Source of the DNA: Candidatus Tepidifontimicrobium thermophilum
GTDB lineage: Bacteria; Sysuimicrobiota; Sysuimicrobiia; Sysuimicrobiales; Sysuimicrobiaceae
Length of the DNA stretch: 64,000 nucleotides
Direction of reading: 5' to 3'
Assembly: GCA_031459915.1 (NCBI GenBank)
Contig: JAVKHO010000001.1
Span: 25,492 to 89,491 of the forward strand
Position numbers and translations under genes: made by a program. This document shows positions 51,568 through 60,858 of this stretch, in pieces (within the stretch, counting starts at the first letter, position 1; each line of letters begins with the position of its first letter). The notes under the pieces are model-generated. The model was not told where the DNA came from. It saw nothing but the letters and a program-made list of their open reading frames with translations, and did not search any database.

Positions 51568-52977
51568 TTGGACCTTGCGGTGCGCGTCCGAGGACGCGAT
51601 TCCGTCGCCGTCTGGTGGGTCCGCAGGGACCTGCGCCTGCACGACAACCCTGCTCTCCAGGCAGCCCTGCGGGCCGGCACGGTCGTTCCCGTCTTCGTGC
51701 TGGACCCGGTCCTGACGTCGGTGAGCCGCCGGCGCACCGAACTGCTGGTGGCTTACCTACGAGCCCTGGACCGCTCGCTCCGAGAAATCGGTAGCTCCCT
51801 GGTACTCCGGAGAGGCCGGCCTTCCGAGGTCCTGCGCGCCCTGGTTCAGACCTCGGGCGCCCGCGTCGTGTACGCGCATGCCGACGTGTCGCCTCTGGCC
51901 CGGCGCCTGGAGGCTGAAGTGGCGCGCAGCGTCCAGCTGGAGTTGGTGGGCTGGCCCACCGCCTTCCCGCCGGACGCGGTCCGGACCGCAGCAGGAAGGG
52001 GGTACACCGTTTACGCCCACTACCGCCGACGGGTGCTGGGGCAACCTCTGAGCGGGCCGCTCCTGCCTGCGCCCGTGCACCTCCGGCCCCACGGGCTCCC
52101 CTCGGAGCCCCTTCCGCAGAGCCCGGTCGCCCACTCGGACGGCGAAGCGGAAGCCCGCCAACGCCTGCGTCGGTTCGTCGCCGGAGCCGTCTTCCGCTAC
52201 CACCGGGACCGGGACCGGCTGGACGTGGAGGGGACTTCCCAGCTCTCCGCCTACCTGCGTTTCGGAGTCCTCTCGCCCCGGGTGGTCCTCCGTACCGCGG
52301 GGGAGGCTGCTGAAGCGGCACCGGACCCGGAATCCCGCCGCGGAGCTCAGCGGTGGCGCGACGAACTGCTGTGGCGCGAGTTCTTCGCTCACGCGCTGTT
52401 CCACTCCCCGCACGCCCGAAACCGGCCCCTCCGCCCGGGAGCCCGCGAGCCCGTGTGGGACAACGACGAGCGGCTCTTCCGGGCCTGGTGTGAGGGCCGC
52501 ACGGGTTACCCTCTGGTCGACGCTGCCATGCGGCAGCTCAACGAGACGGGCTGGATTCCCAACCGTGCCCGCATGGTCGCCGCCTCCTTCCTGGTGAAGA
52601 ACCTGCTGGTGGACTGGCGGTGGGGCGAGGCGTACTTCTTCCGGCAGCTCGCGGACGGCGATCCGGCCTCCAATACCGGCAACTGGCAGTGGGTGGCGGG
52701 GATGGGTGCGGATGCGGCACCGTATTTCCGGGTGTTCAACCCCGTCCTCCAGGGCCACCGTTTCGACCCGGACGGCCGCTACGTCCGGCGTTGGTTGCCT
52801 GAGTTATCAAGGGTCCCGGCACCATACGTCCACGCTCCGTGGACCCTGCCCAGAGACGACCAGGTGGCCTGTCGGTGCCGGGTGGGGCGGGATTACCCCG
52901 CTCCGGTCGTGGATCTCCGCGCTTCCCGAGACCGGGCTGTGGATCGCTACAGGCGCGCCCGGGATCCCTCACGGTAG
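51568..52977 (+). CDS. phr: deoxyribodipyrimidine photolyase (CPD photolyase/cryptochrome family)
   Basis: The N-terminus is WWVRRDLRLHDNPAL and the FAD-binding C-terminal motifs WREFF and GWIPNRARMVAASFL are present. The start is uncertain: TTG 51568 or GTG 51580. The 702-aa ORF call is extended upstream. Confidence 0.85.
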   Translation: MDLAVRVRGRDSVAVWWVRRDLRLHDNPALQAALRAGTVVPVFVLDPVLTSVSRRRTELLVAYLRALDRSLREIGSSLVLRRGRPSEVLRALVQTSGARVVYAHADVSPLARRLEAEVARSVQLELVGWPTAFPPDAVRTAAGRGYTVYAHYRRRVLGQPLSGPLLPAPVHLRPHGLPSEPLPQSPVAHSDGEAEARQRLRRFVAGAVFRYHRDRDRLDVEGTSQLSAYLRFGVLSPRVVLRTAGEAAEAAPDPESRRGAQRWRDELLWREFFAHALFHSPHARNRPLRPGAREPVWDNDERLFRAWCEGRTGYPLVDAAMRQLNETGWIPNRARMVAASFLVKNLLVDWRWGEAYFFRQLADGDPASNTGNWQWVAGMGADAAPYFRVFNPVLQGHRFDPDGRYVRRWLPELSRVPAPYVHAPWTLPRDDQVACRCRVGRDYPAPVVDLRASRDRAVDRYRRARDPSR

Positions 52978-52986
52978 AATCGGGTT

Positions 52987-53448
52987 GTGGAAGAGGGCGG
53001 ACGGGCCTACCTGCCGGTGGTCCAGGACGCTTTCGGCCGCCGGCTCGACCTGGCAGAGCTCGCGCACCGTGGCTGGCTCGTCCTGTTCTTCTACCCCAAG
53101 GCCGGCTCGCCCGGATGCTCCCTGCAGGCCCGCAGGTACAGGGCTCTGGAGGAAGAGTTCCGGAGGCTCGGCGCCACCCCGGTGGGCGTGAGTCCGGACC
53201 CAGCCCCGGCGCAGTGTGCTTTCGCGGAGCGCACCGGCCTCACGATGCTGCCGGACCCCGAGGGGGCTCTCGCCCGGGCTTACGGGGTCCGGCGGTTCTT
53301 GGGCGTGCTCAGCCGGGACACCGTCCTCGTGAACCGCTACGGCCGGGTGGAACGGATCTGGCGCCGCGTGAACCCTCTGCGTGACGCAGACCGAGTCCTG
53401 GCCTATCTCCGGGACCGGCAAAGCCAGGATGCTCACCAATCGGGATGA
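52987..53448 (+). CDS. bcp: peroxiredoxin, BCP/PrxQ-type
   Basis: 153 aa with the motif FFYPKAGSPGC around the peroxidatic Cys. Confidence 0.8.
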   Translation: MEEGGRAYLPVVQDAFGRRLDLAELAHRGWLVLFFYPKAGSPGCSLQARRYRALEEEFRRLGATPVGVSPDPAPAQCAFAERTGLTMLPDPEGALARAYGVRRFLGVLSRDTVLVNRYGRVERIWRRVNPLRDADRVLAYLRDRQSQDAHQSG

Positions 53449-53483
53449 GGCTTGTTGCACACGTATGTTCGCTTTTTTGCCTT

Positions 53484-53495
53484 ACTAACATTAGT
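53484..53495. promoter_or_regulatory. inverted repeat ACTAA-ca-TTAGT in a short AT-rich stretch immediately upstream of the TetR start. Putative TetR operator.
   Basis: The region 53461-53502 is strikingly AT-rich in a ~70% GC genome. The palindrome lies 8 nt before the ATG. No Shine-Dalgarno is present, so the mRNA may be leaderless. Confidence 0.35.
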
Positions 53496-53502
53496 TAAAT
53501 TT

Positions 53503-54093
53503 ATGACCGTGCCCGGCACCAGGGAGCACATCACCAGGGAGCACATATTGGATGTGGCCTCGTCGCTCTTCATGGAGCACGGTTATGCCGCAGTATCGCT
53601 GCGCAGAATCGCCGAGGCCGTGGGCCTCCGGACCCCGTCCCTGTACACGCACTTCCCAGGCGGCAAGGAACAGCTGTACGTTGAGGCCTCCGAACGGGCG
53701 CTGGCCCAGTACCGGGAGGGCATCGAATCCGCGGTGCGGTCGACCCCGGATCTCCGCCAGGCCCTGTGTGCGGCTGCGCGCTGGCTACTCACCCAACCAC
53801 CGATGAATCTCGCTCGTATGGTCAGGACCGACCTGACGCGGCTGTCGCCCGCCCACCAGCGGCGACTGGTGGCAAGGGCCTTCGAGTGCCTCATCCAGCC
53901 GCTCCTCCGCTGGGCCGAGGACGCGGCGGCCCAGGGGGAGATTCGAGGAGAGCACGTCCCGTTCGTCGGGCCGGTGTTCCTGGTCGCCACCGAGGGGTTG
54001 CCGGAGGCCGCGCGGTACTCCGGCATTCCAGCGGAGCGTCTGGCGGAAGGGGTGGTGGACCTACTCCTGGACGGTGCCAGGCGGCGGACGTAG
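53503..54093 (+). CDS. TetR family transcriptional regulator
   Basis: The TetR HTH is ILDVASSLFMEHGYAAVSLRRIAEAVGLRTPSLYTHF. It is the first gene of a TetR-HlyD-ABC operon. Confidence 0.85.
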   Translation: MTVPGTREHITREHILDVASSLFMEHGYAAVSLRRIAEAVGLRTPSLYTHFPGGKEQLYVEASERALAQYREGIESAVRSTPDLRQALCAAARWLLTQPPMNLARMVRTDLTRLSPAHQRRLVARAFECLIQPLLRWAEDAAAQGEIRGEHVPFVGPVFLVATEGLPEAARYSGIPAERLAEGVVDLLLDGARRRT

Positions 54094-54095
54094 AG

Positions 54096-55658
54096 ATGGT
54101 GCAGCGTCGGACCCTCCTCCCCCTGTTCGCACTCTTGTTCCTGGCAGCAGCAGGATGGCTCTTGCGCCCCCCTCCCGTCGTCGAAGTGGCTCGCCCGGTT
54201 GTTCGGGACGTACGGGAAGTCGTGGTAGCGACAGGCCGCCTGGAGCCCCGGCGATCCACGCCGCTCGGCTTTGAAGACCGCGGGACGATTGGGTGGCTCT
54301 TTGTGCGGCGGGGCGACCGGGTGGTCGCGGGCCAGCCCCTGGCCAGCCTCGACCCTGCACTCGCCCTACAAAACCTGCGCGAGGCCGAAGCTCGGGCCGA
54401 GACCGCCCGCAGGGAGCTCGAGCGGGTGCGCCGCGGGGCGCCGAGTGAGGAGGTGGAGAAGGCGCGAGCCCACCTGGTGGCCGCAGAGGTCTCAGGCCGC
54501 CTCCAGGTCCGGGCCGCTCGGGAGCGGCTGGAGGACCTCCGCACGGGGCGAGCTGAGGCGGTACGCAGCGCGGTGGCGGCGGTCGAGCAGGCCGAGGCCG
54601 CGCTGCGGGCCGGCCAGGACGGTTTGCGGGCCCAGCAGCTGGCGCTCCGGTCAGCGTCTGCAGCCCGCGAGCAGCTGGAGGCCGATCTGCGACGGGTCGA
54701 GGCGCTCTACGCCGCAGGCGCCCTGGCGGCGGCGGAGGTAGAGCGCGCTCGCCTTGCCCTGGAGCGAGCCCGCGCCGACGAGGAGGCGGCCCAGGCCCGG
54801 GCGCTCGCGGAGGAGGCGCGCTTGCGGATTGCCGAGCAGCAGGTCCTGGTGGCCCGCGAGCAGGCACGTTTGGCAAGGAAGCCTGGCTCCGCCGCGCAGC
54901 TGGCGGCGGCCCGGGCCGAGCTCCGGGCGCTGGAAGCCCGGGTGGAGGCAGAGGTGCGCGCGGCCCGGGCGACCCTGGCCGCGCTGCTCCGCGCCCCCCG
55001 CCCTGAAGAGGTTCGTGTAGCGGAGGCTCGGCACCGTGAGGCACTTGCGGCGCTCCGTAACGCACGGGAGCGGCTCGCCCGCACGACCCTCCGGGCCCCG
55101 TACGGCGGTGTGGTCGTGGACGTCCACCGGGAGGTGGGCGCCGCGGTGCTCGCCGGGGAAGCTGTCGTCACTCTGGCTGACCCTCGCTCCTTTGAAGTTG
55201 TGGTTGACCTGGACGAGGACAACTTGCCCCAAATTCGGATCGGGCAACGGGCTACCCTGGTTTTCTCCGGCGGAGGGCGTGCCACGGCGGCGGCCCGCCT
55301 CGTGGACATCGACCCGCGGGTAGACCCCCAAAGGGGCACAGTCCGGTTGCGCCTCCAGCCGCTCGGACTCCCGGCCTTTGCCCGCGTGGGCATGACTCTC
55401 GACGTGAACCTGGAGGTCGCGTCGTGGCCGTCCGCCCTGGCTGTACCCGCTGAGAGCGTCCTTGCAGCGTCCTCCGGTTCCTCGGTCCTCGTAGTCCAGT
55501 CTGGTCGGGTGGTAGCCCGGCGTGTGAAGGTCCTCGGTCGATCCGATCGGTGGGCCGCCGTGGAGGGCCTGCGCCGAGACGATCTCGTGGTTCTGGACCC
55601 GACGCGGATCCGCGAGGGAATTCGGGTCCGCGTCCGCCTGCTCCGGCTGGAGGAGTGA
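54096..55658 (+). CDS. HlyD/membrane-fusion-protein family periplasmic adaptor
   Basis: 520 aa from ATG 54096. It has an N-terminal TM segment, a long Ala/Arg/Glu coiled coil, and a C-terminal beta-barrel region. Confidence 0.8.
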   Translation: MVQRRTLLPLFALLFLAAAGWLLRPPPVVEVARPVVRDVREVVVATGRLEPRRSTPLGFEDRGTIGWLFVRRGDRVVAGQPLASLDPALALQNLREAEARAETARRELERVRRGAPSEEVEKARAHLVAAEVSGRLQVRAARERLEDLRTGRAEAVRSAVAAVEQAEAALRAGQDGLRAQQLALRSASAAREQLEADLRRVEALYAAGALAAAEVERARLALERARADEEAAQARALAEEARLRIAEQQVLVAREQARLARKPGSAAQLAAARAELRALEARVEAEVRAARATLAALLRAPRPEEVRVAEARHREALAALRNARERLARTTLRAPYGGVVVDVHREVGAAVLAGEAVVTLADPRSFEVVVDLDEDNLPQIRIGQRATLVFSGGGRATAAARLVDIDPRVDPQRGTVRLRLQPLGLPAFARVGMTLDVNLEVASWPSALAVPAESVLAASSGSSVLVVQSGRVVARRVKVLGRSDRWAAVEGLRRDDLVVLDPTRIREGIRVRVRLLRLEE

Positions 55659-55661
55659 GCT

Positions 55662-56900
55662 GTGGTCCAGTTCGCCTGGATGCTGGCACTGCGGCAGCTG
55701 CGCTCCGCACCCCGGCAAAGCGCCCTTGCCGCCAGTGTCGTCGCCGTCAGCGTGGCGCTCGTGGTGTTCCTGAATGCTTTGATCGGAGGCCTGCAGCGCC
55801 GCCTCCTGGAGACCACCACGGGCGGCATCCCGCACGTGGTCTTGGAGCCGGCCCCTCGAGAGCCCACCCCGGTCTGGGTCCTGCGCCCCTCCTCGGATCC
55901 TCTCTACGTGGGGACCCGGTCCACCCGCGAGCTGCGGACCCGATCCATCGAGAACTGGAGGAGCTGGGTGAGGTGGTTGGAGGCTGTCGACGAAGACATC
56001 GCGGTCGTGATCCCCACGGTCGAGGGCCCAGGGGTGTTAACTCGCGAGACCCGCACGGAGCCCATCCGGGTCGTCGGCGCGGACCCGGACCGCTTTGACC
56101 GGGCGTTCGGACTCCAGCAACGGCTCGTGGCTGGGCGCTACTTGGGACTGGCCGGGGGCGAGGCTGTACTTGGGTACCGCTTAGCCGACCGGTTGGGGCT
56201 ACGGCTCCGGGATCGGTTCCGGGTGACCGGTCCCGCCGGGACCTCGACGCTGCTGGTCGCCGGCATCGTCCGTACCGGATTTTCCAGGCTCGATGACGGA
56301 GTTGTCTTCGTCCCGCTGCGCCAGGCGCAGTCCATGCTCGGGCTTGGCACCGCGGTCACTACGCTCTCCGTGCGGCTCCGCAGGCCCTTCGAAGCGGACC
56401 GTCTGGCGAACCGCATCGCCCTTGTCGCCCCCTTCGAGGCCCGGTCGTGGATGCGGGAGAATCGGCAGCTGCTCGCGGGGCTCCAGGCCCAATCCCAGTC
56501 CTCCTTTGTCATCCAGTTCTTCGTCACCCTCGCGGCGGGCTTCGGAATCGTGAGTATCCTCATCACCAACGTGCTCGCCCGCGTCCGCGAGATCGGAATT
56601 CTCCGCGCCATGGGCGCCACGAGATCGCAGATCCTCGAAGTGTTCGCCCTGCAGGGAACGTTTTTGGCCCTTACGGGCGGCTTGGTGGGTGCGGGGGTCG
56701 GGGTGGGTCTGGCGCTTCTTTTCTACCAGGCCCGGGCGTCTGCGGCCCAACCGGGCATCGAGGTGTTCCCTGTGGACCTCAACGCGCGTTTGGTCTTGGG
56801 TTCGGTCGTCCTCAGCGTGGTCGTAGGCACCCTAGCCTCCCTCGTCCCTGCCCGGCAGGCTGCGGCTGTGGACCCTATCCGTGTGATCCGCTCGACCTGA
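55662..56900 (+). CDS. ABC transporter permease, FtsX/MacB-type
   Basis: 412 aa with 4 TM segments, a large periplasmic domain between TM1 and TM2, and an FtsX-like C-terminal region. Confidence 0.85.
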   Translation: MVQFAWMLALRQLRSAPRQSALAASVVAVSVALVVFLNALIGGLQRRLLETTTGGIPHVVLEPAPREPTPVWVLRPSSDPLYVGTRSTRELRTRSIENWRSWVRWLEAVDEDIAVVIPTVEGPGVLTRETRTEPIRVVGADPDRFDRAFGLQQRLVAGRYLGLAGGEAVLGYRLADRLGLRLRDRFRVTGPAGTSTLLVAGIVRTGFSRLDDGVVFVPLRQAQSMLGLGTAVTTLSVRLRRPFEADRLANRIALVAPFEARSWMRENRQLLAGLQAQSQSSFVIQFFVTLAAGFGIVSILITNVLARVREIGILRAMGATRSQILEVFALQGTFLALTGGLVGAGVGVGLALLFYQARASAAQPGIEVFPVDLNARLVLGSVVLSVVVGTLASLVPARQAAAVDPIRVIRST

Positions 56901-56901
56901 C

Positions 56902-57591
56902 ATGGAGCACATCCTTTACCTCGACCGGGTCTGCAAGCTGTACCATGAGGGTGTACCCGTGTGGGCCCTGCAGGACGTGGACCTCGCGGTCCGTCCCGGC
57001 GAGTTCGTGGCTGTGGTCGGCCCCTCCGGGTCTGGCAAGACCACGTTGCTCAATATCATCGGCCTGCTCGACCGTCCGACATCCGGCCGTGTGATCTTGG
57101 CCGGGCGCGACGTCTCGAACCTCTCCGAGAACGCCCGCTCTGTGCTCCGGCGCGACCTCATCGGCTTCGTCTTTCAAAACTACTACCTGCTGCCGGAGCT
57201 GACCGTCCTCGAGAACGTCCTGCTGCCGCTGCGTCTCCGGGGCCCTGTCTCCGCTCCGGATCGCGCCCGCGTGGAGGGCCTCCTGGAGCGCGTGGGCCTC
57301 GCGCCGTACGGACGCGCCTTCCCCTCCCAGCTGTCCGGAGGCCAGCAGCAGCGCGTCGCCTTGATCCGCGCTCTGGCGAATGACCCGACCCTCGTGCTCG
57401 CCGACGAGCCCACCGGGAACCTGGACAGCCAGAGCGGCTGGGCGGTTTTCGACCTAATGCGGGAGCTGAACCGGGCCACCGGAAAGAGCTTCATCATGGT
57501 GACTCATGACGAGCGGTTCGCCAGGCAGGCTGACCGAGTCGTCCGCATCGAGGATGGCCGCATCCACACCGAGCTCGCATCTAGGCCCTGA
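56902..57591 (+). CDS. ABC transporter ATP-binding protein, MacB/LolD-type
   Basis: Walker A GPSGSGKTT, the signature LSGGQQQRV, and Walker B LVLADEPT. Confidence 0.9.
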   Translation: MEHILYLDRVCKLYHEGVPVWALQDVDLAVRPGEFVAVVGPSGSGKTTLLNIIGLLDRPTSGRVILAGRDVSNLSENARSVLRRDLIGFVFQNYYLLPELTVLENVLLPLRLRGPVSAPDRARVEGLLERVGLAPYGRAFPSQLSGGQQQRVALIRALANDPTLVLADEPTGNLDSQSGWAVFDLMRELNRATGKSFIMVTHDERFARQADRVVRIEDGRIHTELASRP

Positions 57592-57719
57592 GGGCCTGAG
57601 GGCGTGTTCGCGGTGGAGACGTTTGTCGCTGCAGCCAGCGGCTCCGGCACTTCGGTCTCTCAACAGTTCCGGTTGCGTTACGCCCGGGAGCAAGGCTGTC
57701 GCCACCGAAACAGTGCGCC

Positions 57720-58538
57720 ATGGCTGAAGGGCCTCAGGTTCACCGCATTGCCGACAGCCTGCGACGCGCCCTGGCCTCCCGCGTCCTGGACGAGGTCCAG
57801 CTTACGCCTGCGCGGCTGCGTCACCTGGAGGGCTCCCTTGTGGGGCGCCGCGTCTGCTACGTGGAAGCCCACGGGAAGCACCTCCTCATCGCCCTGGACC
57901 GGGGCCTCACGTTACACTCCCACCTGATGATGTGGGGGCGGTGGGAGATCTCCGGCCCCTCTGACCCTCCCCGCAAGGGCACCGGCCGCCTGTGGGCTCG
58001 CCTCCGGGCCGGCAGTCGCGTGGCCACCCTGTTCAACGGACCCGTGCTGGAGCTGCTCTCGCAGGACGAGCTGGCCGCCCACCCGGTGCTCACCGCCCTC
58101 GGCCCTGATCCCCTGCGCGACGACTACCGGCGTGAGGACGTCCTCCACCGAATCCAGCAGCCTCCGTGGGCCCAGGCCAGCCTAGCCCACGCCCTGCTCG
58201 ATCAGCGCCTCTTCGCGGGAGTCGGCAACATCTACAAGAGTGAGGTCCTCTGGCAGGCTCGCCTCCACCCGCTCCGCACCCTCGACAGCCTGGACCCGGA
58301 AGAACGAGATCGGCTCCTGCAGGTCGTGGAGTCGACCCTGCGCACCGCGTACCGGCAGCGCTTCGGGACCCTGCCGCGGCGGCTGTGGCGCACGGTGGGC
58401 CCGTTCGCCGTCTACGGTCGGTCGGGGCAGCCCTGCCTTTGGTGCGGCACCACCCTCCTGCGCCTGGACACCGGACGCGCGACGTACTTCTGCCCTTCCT
58501 GCCAGCCCGCCAAAGGGTCCCTCAGACCCCGGGAATGA
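57720..58538 (+). CDS. Fpg/Nei family DNA glycosylase (formamidopyrimidine-DNA glycosylase/endonuclease VIII-like). Position 2 is Ala, not the canonical Pro.
   Basis: The N-terminus is MAEGPQVHR, with the H2TH fold and a C-terminal Cys4 zinc finger (CLWCG...CPSC). Confidence 0.85.
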   Translation: MAEGPQVHRIADSLRRALASRVLDEVQLTPARLRHLEGSLVGRRVCYVEAHGKHLLIALDRGLTLHSHLMMWGRWEISGPSDPPRKGTGRLWARLRAGSRVATLFNGPVLELLSQDELAAHPVLTALGPDPLRDDYRREDVLHRIQQPPWAQASLAHALLDQRLFAGVGNIYKSEVLWQARLHPLRTLDSLDPEERDRLLQVVESTLRTAYRQRFGTLPRRLWRTVGPFAVYGRSGQPCLWCGTTLLRLDTGRATYFCPSCQPAKGSLRPRE

Positions 58539-58584
58539 CCACGGGCGGCAGCGACCGGTCGCGTGGCACCCGCACGCACCCCGT

Positions 58585-59043
58585 CTATTGTCCAAACCGC
58601 TTCAAGACCACGCGCTCCCGGTAGTCGAAGATCGCCTGAAGCCGCGAGCGCACGGCCCGTCCGACCGCCACGTGCCCGGCCCAGCCTCCGGGGAGCAGGT
58701 AGACCACTAGGTCCCGCACCTCCACTCCGTGCCCTGAGGCACGGAAGTGGTGTTCGTGGTGCCACAGGCGGTAGGGCCCGATGCGCTGCTCGTCCACAAA
58801 CCGGACCCCCTCCTGGACGTGGGTGATCTCCGTCACCCACACCCACGCAGGGCCTGGGAACGGTCGCACCCGGTACTCGATGAGCAACCCAGGGTACATC
58901 CGATCAGGCACAGGTGACACGATTTGCAGGTCCAGCCACGGTGGCGTGATCTCGCGGAGGTTCCGCGGGTCCGCGAAGAATTCCCAGACGTCGTCCAGAG
59001 ATGCCCGAAGCCGGACCACCCGCTCCAGCCGTTGGAGCTTCAA
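58585..59043 (-). CDS. SRPBCC (START/polyketide cyclase-like) family protein
   Basis: 152 aa. TTG start immediately after the upstream TIGR01777-like gene stop. The two families are often adjacent or fused. Confidence 0.65.
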   Translation of the reverse strand: MKLQRLERVVRLRASLDDVWEFFADPRNLREITPPWLDLQIVSPVPDRMYPGLLIEYRVRPFPGPAWVWVTEITHVQEGVRFVDEQRIGPYRLWHHEHHFRASGHGVEVRDLVVYLLPGGWAGHVAVGRAVRSRLQAIFDYRERVVLKRFGQ

Positions 59044-59952
59044 CTACCTCTCCCCCAGGGCCGACCGCAGTGCCGGCTCCAGCTCCGGGTAGCGGAACTC
59101 GAATCCCGCCTCCAGCAGGCGCCGGGGGATCGCCCGCTGACCGGACAGCAACACCTCGTCCGCCATCTCACGCCCCAGGACCCAGCGCACCGCGAAGGCG
59201 GGCACCCGCAAGAACGCCGGCCGGCGGAGCACCCGTCCCAGGGTGCGCGCGAACTCCGCGAACGTCACCGCGCCGGGCGCGGTCAGGTTGACCGGGCCTT
59301 CCACCGACGGCGTGTTCAAGACGAACTCCACCCCGCGCAGCCAGTCCTCCAGGGCGATCCAGCTCACGCCCTGACGCCCGTCGCCCACCGGCCCGCCCAG
59401 GCCCAGACGGAACACGGGCAGAAGAGGTGCCAGGAAGCCCCCCCGGCCGCTCAGAACAGGGCCCGTGCGCAGCAGCACGGTGCGAATCCCCGCCCGCCGT
59501 GCCGGCTCCGTGGCCGCCTCCCAGTCCACGCACAGCGACGCGAGGAAGCCCCGCCCCGGCAGCGCGGTTTCGTCGACCGCCTCCTCGAAAGGCCGGCGAC
59601 CGTAGTACCCCGTGGCCGAGGCCGAAAGGAACACCCTGGGCGGTTGCGCGAGCCCGCTGAGGGCCTCGCTCACCAGCCGGGTCGCGTCCACCCGGCTGGT
59701 GCGCAGCTCGCGCTTGTGCGCTTCGGTCCAGCGGGCGGGCGCGATGCGGGCGCCGGCCAGGTTCACCACGGCGTCGCAGCCTTCCAGCGCTGCGGCCTCG
59801 AGCTGCCCGCGGGCCGGATCCCACCGCACAACACCGGGACCCGGTTTCCGGCTGACGGGCACGACCGCGTGGCCCGCCTCCCTCAGGCGTTCCGCCAGCG
59901 ACCGCCCGAGCAGTCCTGTGGCCCCCGTGATGGCAATCCGCACCCCCGCCAA
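59044..59952 (-). CDS. TIGR01777/YfcH-like NAD-dependent epimerase family protein (SDR fold plus DUF1731)
   Basis: The N-terminal Rossmann motif is IAITGATGLLG. The C-terminal DUF1731-like region is present. Confidence 0.75.
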   Translation of the reverse strand: MAGVRIAITGATGLLGRSLAERLREAGHAVVPVSRKPGPGVVRWDPARGQLEAAALEGCDAVVNLAGARIAPARWTEAHKRELRTSRVDATRLVSEALSGLAQPPRVFLSASATGYYGRRPFEEAVDETALPGRGFLASLCVDWEAATEPARRAGIRTVLLRTGPVLSGRGGFLAPLLPVFRLGLGGPVGDGRQGVSWIALEDWLRGVEFVLNTPSVEGPVNLTAPGAVTFAEFARTLGRVLRRPAFLRVPAFAVRWVLGREMADEVLLSGQRAIPRRLLEAGFEFRYPELEPALRSALGER

Positions 59953-60015
59953 GATAGGCCATCCCGGCCGAGGCGCTCAACCGCGGCCGGCCCTGGTATC
60001 CTAAAGGTTGCGGCC

Positions 60016-60111
60016 GGAGGGGTGCGGGAGTCCGGCTGATCCGGCGCGCCTGGAGAGCGCGTAGGCGGGCTAAAACCCGCCTCGTGGGTTCAAATCCCAC
60101 CCCCTCCGCCA
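60016..60111 (+). tRNA. tRNA-Ser (anticodon GGA), class II, CCA encoded
   Basis: Hand-folded: it shares the acceptor and T-arm with tRNA-Ser(CGA). The anticodon stem is CGCGC/GCGCG with loop CU-GGA-GA, and there is a long variable arm. Confidence 0.7.
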
Positions 60112-60127
60112 CGACACTCGAGGCGCC

Positions 60128-60829
60128 GTGCGACCACAGGCCGTCTTCTTCGACCTGGACGACACCCTGGTGGACGAGACTGGACTGATGTCGGACTGCG
60201 TCCGCCAGGTGGCGGAGGAGCTGCAGGAGGTCTACCCCTTCCTGCCCGCGGACCTGATGGTCCGTGCCTACCTGGAAGCGTCCCTGGAGCTGTGGAAGCG
60301 TGTGACCCCGGCCCAACCCGGGGTCACCATTCCCCTCATGCGACGCTGGACGTGGGAGGAGGCCCTGCGCCGCCTGGGTTTCCGCGGGCCCGTAGACCCC
60401 TTCCTGCAGCGCTACACCGCCCTCCGGGACGGCCAGGTGCGGACTTTCCCGGACGCGAAGCCTGTCCTGCTGGAGCTGCGCCGACGCGGCTACCAGACGG
60501 GTCTCATCACGAACGGCGAGACCGCCCTCCAGCAGTGGAAACTGGACGCCACGGGACTGAGCGAACTCCTGGACCCGGTGGTGACCAGCCAGGAGCTGGG
60601 CCGCAGTAAGCCCGACCCCGCGGTGTTCGTGGAGGCCGCCCGACGCGCGGGCGCAGAGCCCCATCGGTGCTGGATGGTGGGCGACCTGCTGCACGCGGAC
60701 GTGGCCGGGGCCCTCGCGGCGGGCATGACCGCGGTGTGGGTGCGGCGCCGGCACCACCCGGGCGACGCGGCCGGGCGGCCCCACCACACGGTGGACACCC
60801 TGTCCGAACTCCTGACCCTCCTGCCCTGA
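60128..60829 (+). CDS. HAD superfamily hydrolase
   Basis: Motif I is FFDLDDTLVD, motif II is LITNG, and motif III is K...GD...D. Confidence 0.75.
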   Translation: MRPQAVFFDLDDTLVDETGLMSDCVRQVAEELQEVYPFLPADLMVRAYLEASLELWKRVTPAQPGVTIPLMRRWTWEEALRRLGFRGPVDPFLQRYTALRDGQVRTFPDAKPVLLELRRRGYQTGLITNGETALQQWKLDATGLSELLDPVVTSQELGRSKPDPAVFVEAARRAGAEPHRCWMVGDLLHADVAGALAAGMTAVWVRRRHHPGDAAGRPHHTVDTLSELLTLLP

Positions 60830-60858
60830 CCGCGGCCGACTCGGTCCCGCCGTCGGCC

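Noticed and set aside
58539-58584. GCGACCGGTCGC palindrome between the convergent fpg/nei and SRPBCC genes
   Set aside because: It is probably a shared bidirectional terminator hairpin. It is a short generic palindrome and there is not enough evidence for anything more.
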